Shown: positions 39,687 through 41,293 of the stretch, one piece after another
How the letters are laid out: the number at the start of each line of letters is the position of its first letter
Numbering within the stretch: the stretch's first letter is position 1
Assembly: GCA_944390205.1 (NCBI GenBank)
Contig: CALXPF010000003.1
Span: forward strand, 1-41,293
Length of the DNA: 41,293 bases
Source of the DNA: an uncultured Alphaproteobacteria bacterium
Lineage (GTDB): Bacteria; Pseudomonadota; Alphaproteobacteria; CAAHEQ01; UBA3637
Direction: 5' to 3'
The notes under the pieces: model-generated
What the model was told of the DNA's origin: nothing
Seen by the model: only the letters and a program-made list of their open reading frames with translations
The model's database searches: none
Made by a program: the position numbers and the translations under genes

Positions 39687-40877
39687 ATGTTAAAACTTAT
39701 TTTATTTGCAATCAGCATGGTCTTTGTCGGATACCTCATCGTCACGGACGGTTTTATGGTTTCCGTCTCTGCTTTTGGTTATGAAGTGACGCTTTCCATC
39801 ATTTTATTGGTTGTATTGGTCGCTTTATTTTTCTACATTCTCCATGTCGGTAAAAAACCATTTTGTTGGTTGTTCGGTTTTAAAGAAAGACGCGACCGCA
39901 AACACTTGATGAAAAAAGAAGGCTTTTTAACATTTTCTTTACAAACCGTTCTGGATCAAAATGATTCGGCGATTGAAAAAATCTTACATCAAAAACGTAA
40001 TATCTTTAGAAAAAAGGATACGGAACAACTGTTATTGACAGCTATTTTTGAACCGACTCCCGCTATTTTTGAACAACTTTTGCAACATCCGGATACGGAA
40101 TTGGCCGGTATTCGAGGATTGTTTTTAGAGGCTCAGAAAAAAGGAGATTTAACAGAAGCCTCCAAACTGCTCAATCGGGCTGCTCAAAAATACACGGCCG
40201 TTTCTTGGCTTCGACAAGCTCAATTTGATCTTCAAGTCTTACAAAATGATTGGGAAGGCGCTTTAAAAACAATTGAAGACTTAAAAAAGAGAGGGCTTAT
40301 TTCAAAACCGGATTATTTGTTAAAAAAATCAGCTATTTTGTTGTGTTTAGATCGTCCCGAAGAGGCTTTTTCGTTAGATCCTCAAAATCCGGCAACCGGT
40401 TTGGCCTATGCTCAAAAAAATCCGTCAAAAGCAAAAGATATTTTAATGCAGTCGTGGAAAGAAACGCCCTGCTGGGATACTTATCTGGCATTTAAAAAAG
40501 TAATTAAAGAAGAGACACCTGCCAAACAAATAAAATGGGTCGAGAAACTTGTTTCAAAAAATCCAACCGCAAAACTCTCATTATTGGCGCTGGCCGATTC
40601 TGCCATGGGTGCCGAAATGTGGGGACTGGCCAAAGAACATCTGGACGTATATATGCAAACATATCCTCTGACGGAACAAGCGGCTCTGATGATGGCTCAT
40701 GTAGAAAGAGCCGGTTGGCATCACGAAGCAACCGCAAAAAAATGGGAAGAAAAAGCACTGGAAACAACCGAGAAATCAGGTGTCTTTATTTGTGCTAACT
40801 GCAACCACACACAGCGCGACTGGTCTGCCGGATGCCCCGTTTGCAACACGTTTGCCGGTCTACGCTACACCGCCTGA
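39687..40877 (+). CDS. HemY-like TPR membrane protein with C-terminal zinc ribbon
   Basis: Two N-terminal TMs, L..PDTELAGIRGL, TPR-like helices, CANC..CPVC C-terminus as in alphaproteobacterial HemY_N proteins. Confidence 0.7.
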   Translation: MLKLILFAISMVFVGYLIVTDGFMVSVSAFGYEVTLSIILLVVLVALFFYILHVGKKPFCWLFGFKERRDRKHLMKKEGFLTFSLQTVLDQNDSAIEKILHQKRNIFRKKDTEQLLLTAIFEPTPAIFEQLLQHPDTELAGIRGLFLEAQKKGDLTEASKLLNRAAQKYTAVSWLRQAQFDLQVLQNDWEGALKTIEDLKKRGLISKPDYLLKKSAILLCLDRPEEAFSLDPQNPATGLAYAQKNPSKAKDILMQSWKETPCWDTYLAFKKVIKEETPAKQIKWVEKLVSKNPTAKLSLLALADSAMGAEMWGLAKEHLDVYMQTYPLTEQAALMMAHVERAGWHHEATAKKWEEKALETTEKSGVFICANCNHTQRDWSAGCPVCNTFAGLRYTA

Positions 40878-40994
40878 CACAATACTTTTCGTCTAGGCCA
40901 CCCGTTTTCGATATAAGTCCGTCTCGACAAGATATCGGCTACGCGCCCCCTTGTGAACTCTTTTGTGGCTCATATTCTGACGAGAAATAAGCAT

Positions 40995-41247
40995 CGATCG
41001 TCCCGTCCCCCTTGCGACACACCTATGACATGCGTTCTCTCACGCCCCGATCATTCCCCCTTGCAACACACCCATGACTTGCGTTCTCTCACACCCCGAT
41101 CATTCCCCCTTGCAACACGACCATGACCTACGTTCTCTCACGCCCCGATCGTCCCGTCCCCCTTGCGACACGCCTATGACCAGTGTTCTCTCACGCCCCG
41201 ATCATCCCCCCTTGCGACACACCCATGACATGCGTTCTCCCACACCC
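40995..41247. repeat. Imperfect tandem repeat, 5 units of 53/49/49/53/49 bp
   Basis: Units start at 40995, 41048, 41097, 41146, 41199; core CGATC..CCCCCTTGCRACAC..ATGAC..GTTCTCYCACRCCC. Confidence 0.92.
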
Positions 41248-41293
41248 CACCTTCCCTTCTCCCTTACCACCTACTCATTCCCTCCACCTTCCC

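Noticed and set aside
247-40798. Numerous 60-146 aa ORFs antisense or out of frame within the called genes
   Set aside because: They are shadows of well-supported genes, lacking RBS and motifs
40995-41247. Second CRISPR array
   Set aside because: Units are similar along their whole length; there are no unique spacers, and the shared TTGCGAC with the CRISPR repeat is only 7 nt
1-41293. tRNA, rRNA, integrase, IS or prophage genes
   Set aside because: None were recognised in the ORF set or the intergenic sequence

Overview
Bacterial chromosomal window, most likely from a low-GC alphaproteobacterium. This assignment is an inference from a Mic60/mitofilin-HemY gene pair, an RpoH-type clpB promoter and CTTGAC-N17-CTATAT style promoters. 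From left to right it holds: a GT2 + rmlACDB dTDP-rhamnose cluster (rmlC frameshifted); archaeal/eukaryote-type proS; a complete AT-rich type II-C CRISPR-Cas locus (5 identical 36-nt repeats plus one degenerate repeat, cas2, cas1, a 1146-aa cas9, and tracrRNA); an orphan membrane protein; leuS; a flavodoxin-like protein, an alpha/beta hydrolase, an RlmA-like methyltransferase and DUF4186; a coupled small-protein + PRTase-like gene pair; two RND efflux modules with one outer-membrane factor; Uup-like ABC-F; a CPA2 antiporter with a 128-bp tandem duplication; dgkA; clpB; Mic60-like and HemY-like genes; and a terminal 49/53-bp tandem repeat. The best candidate for something new is the non-coding control layer of the CRISPR locus. 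Every repeat carries a full -35/-10 promoter. The tracrRNA 5' leader can fold back over its own nexus. The degenerate repeat tracks the tracrRNA sequence at diagnostic positions and sits behind a promoter embedded in a perfect 31-bp palindrome. All calls were made by eye from sequence and motifs; no searches were run.
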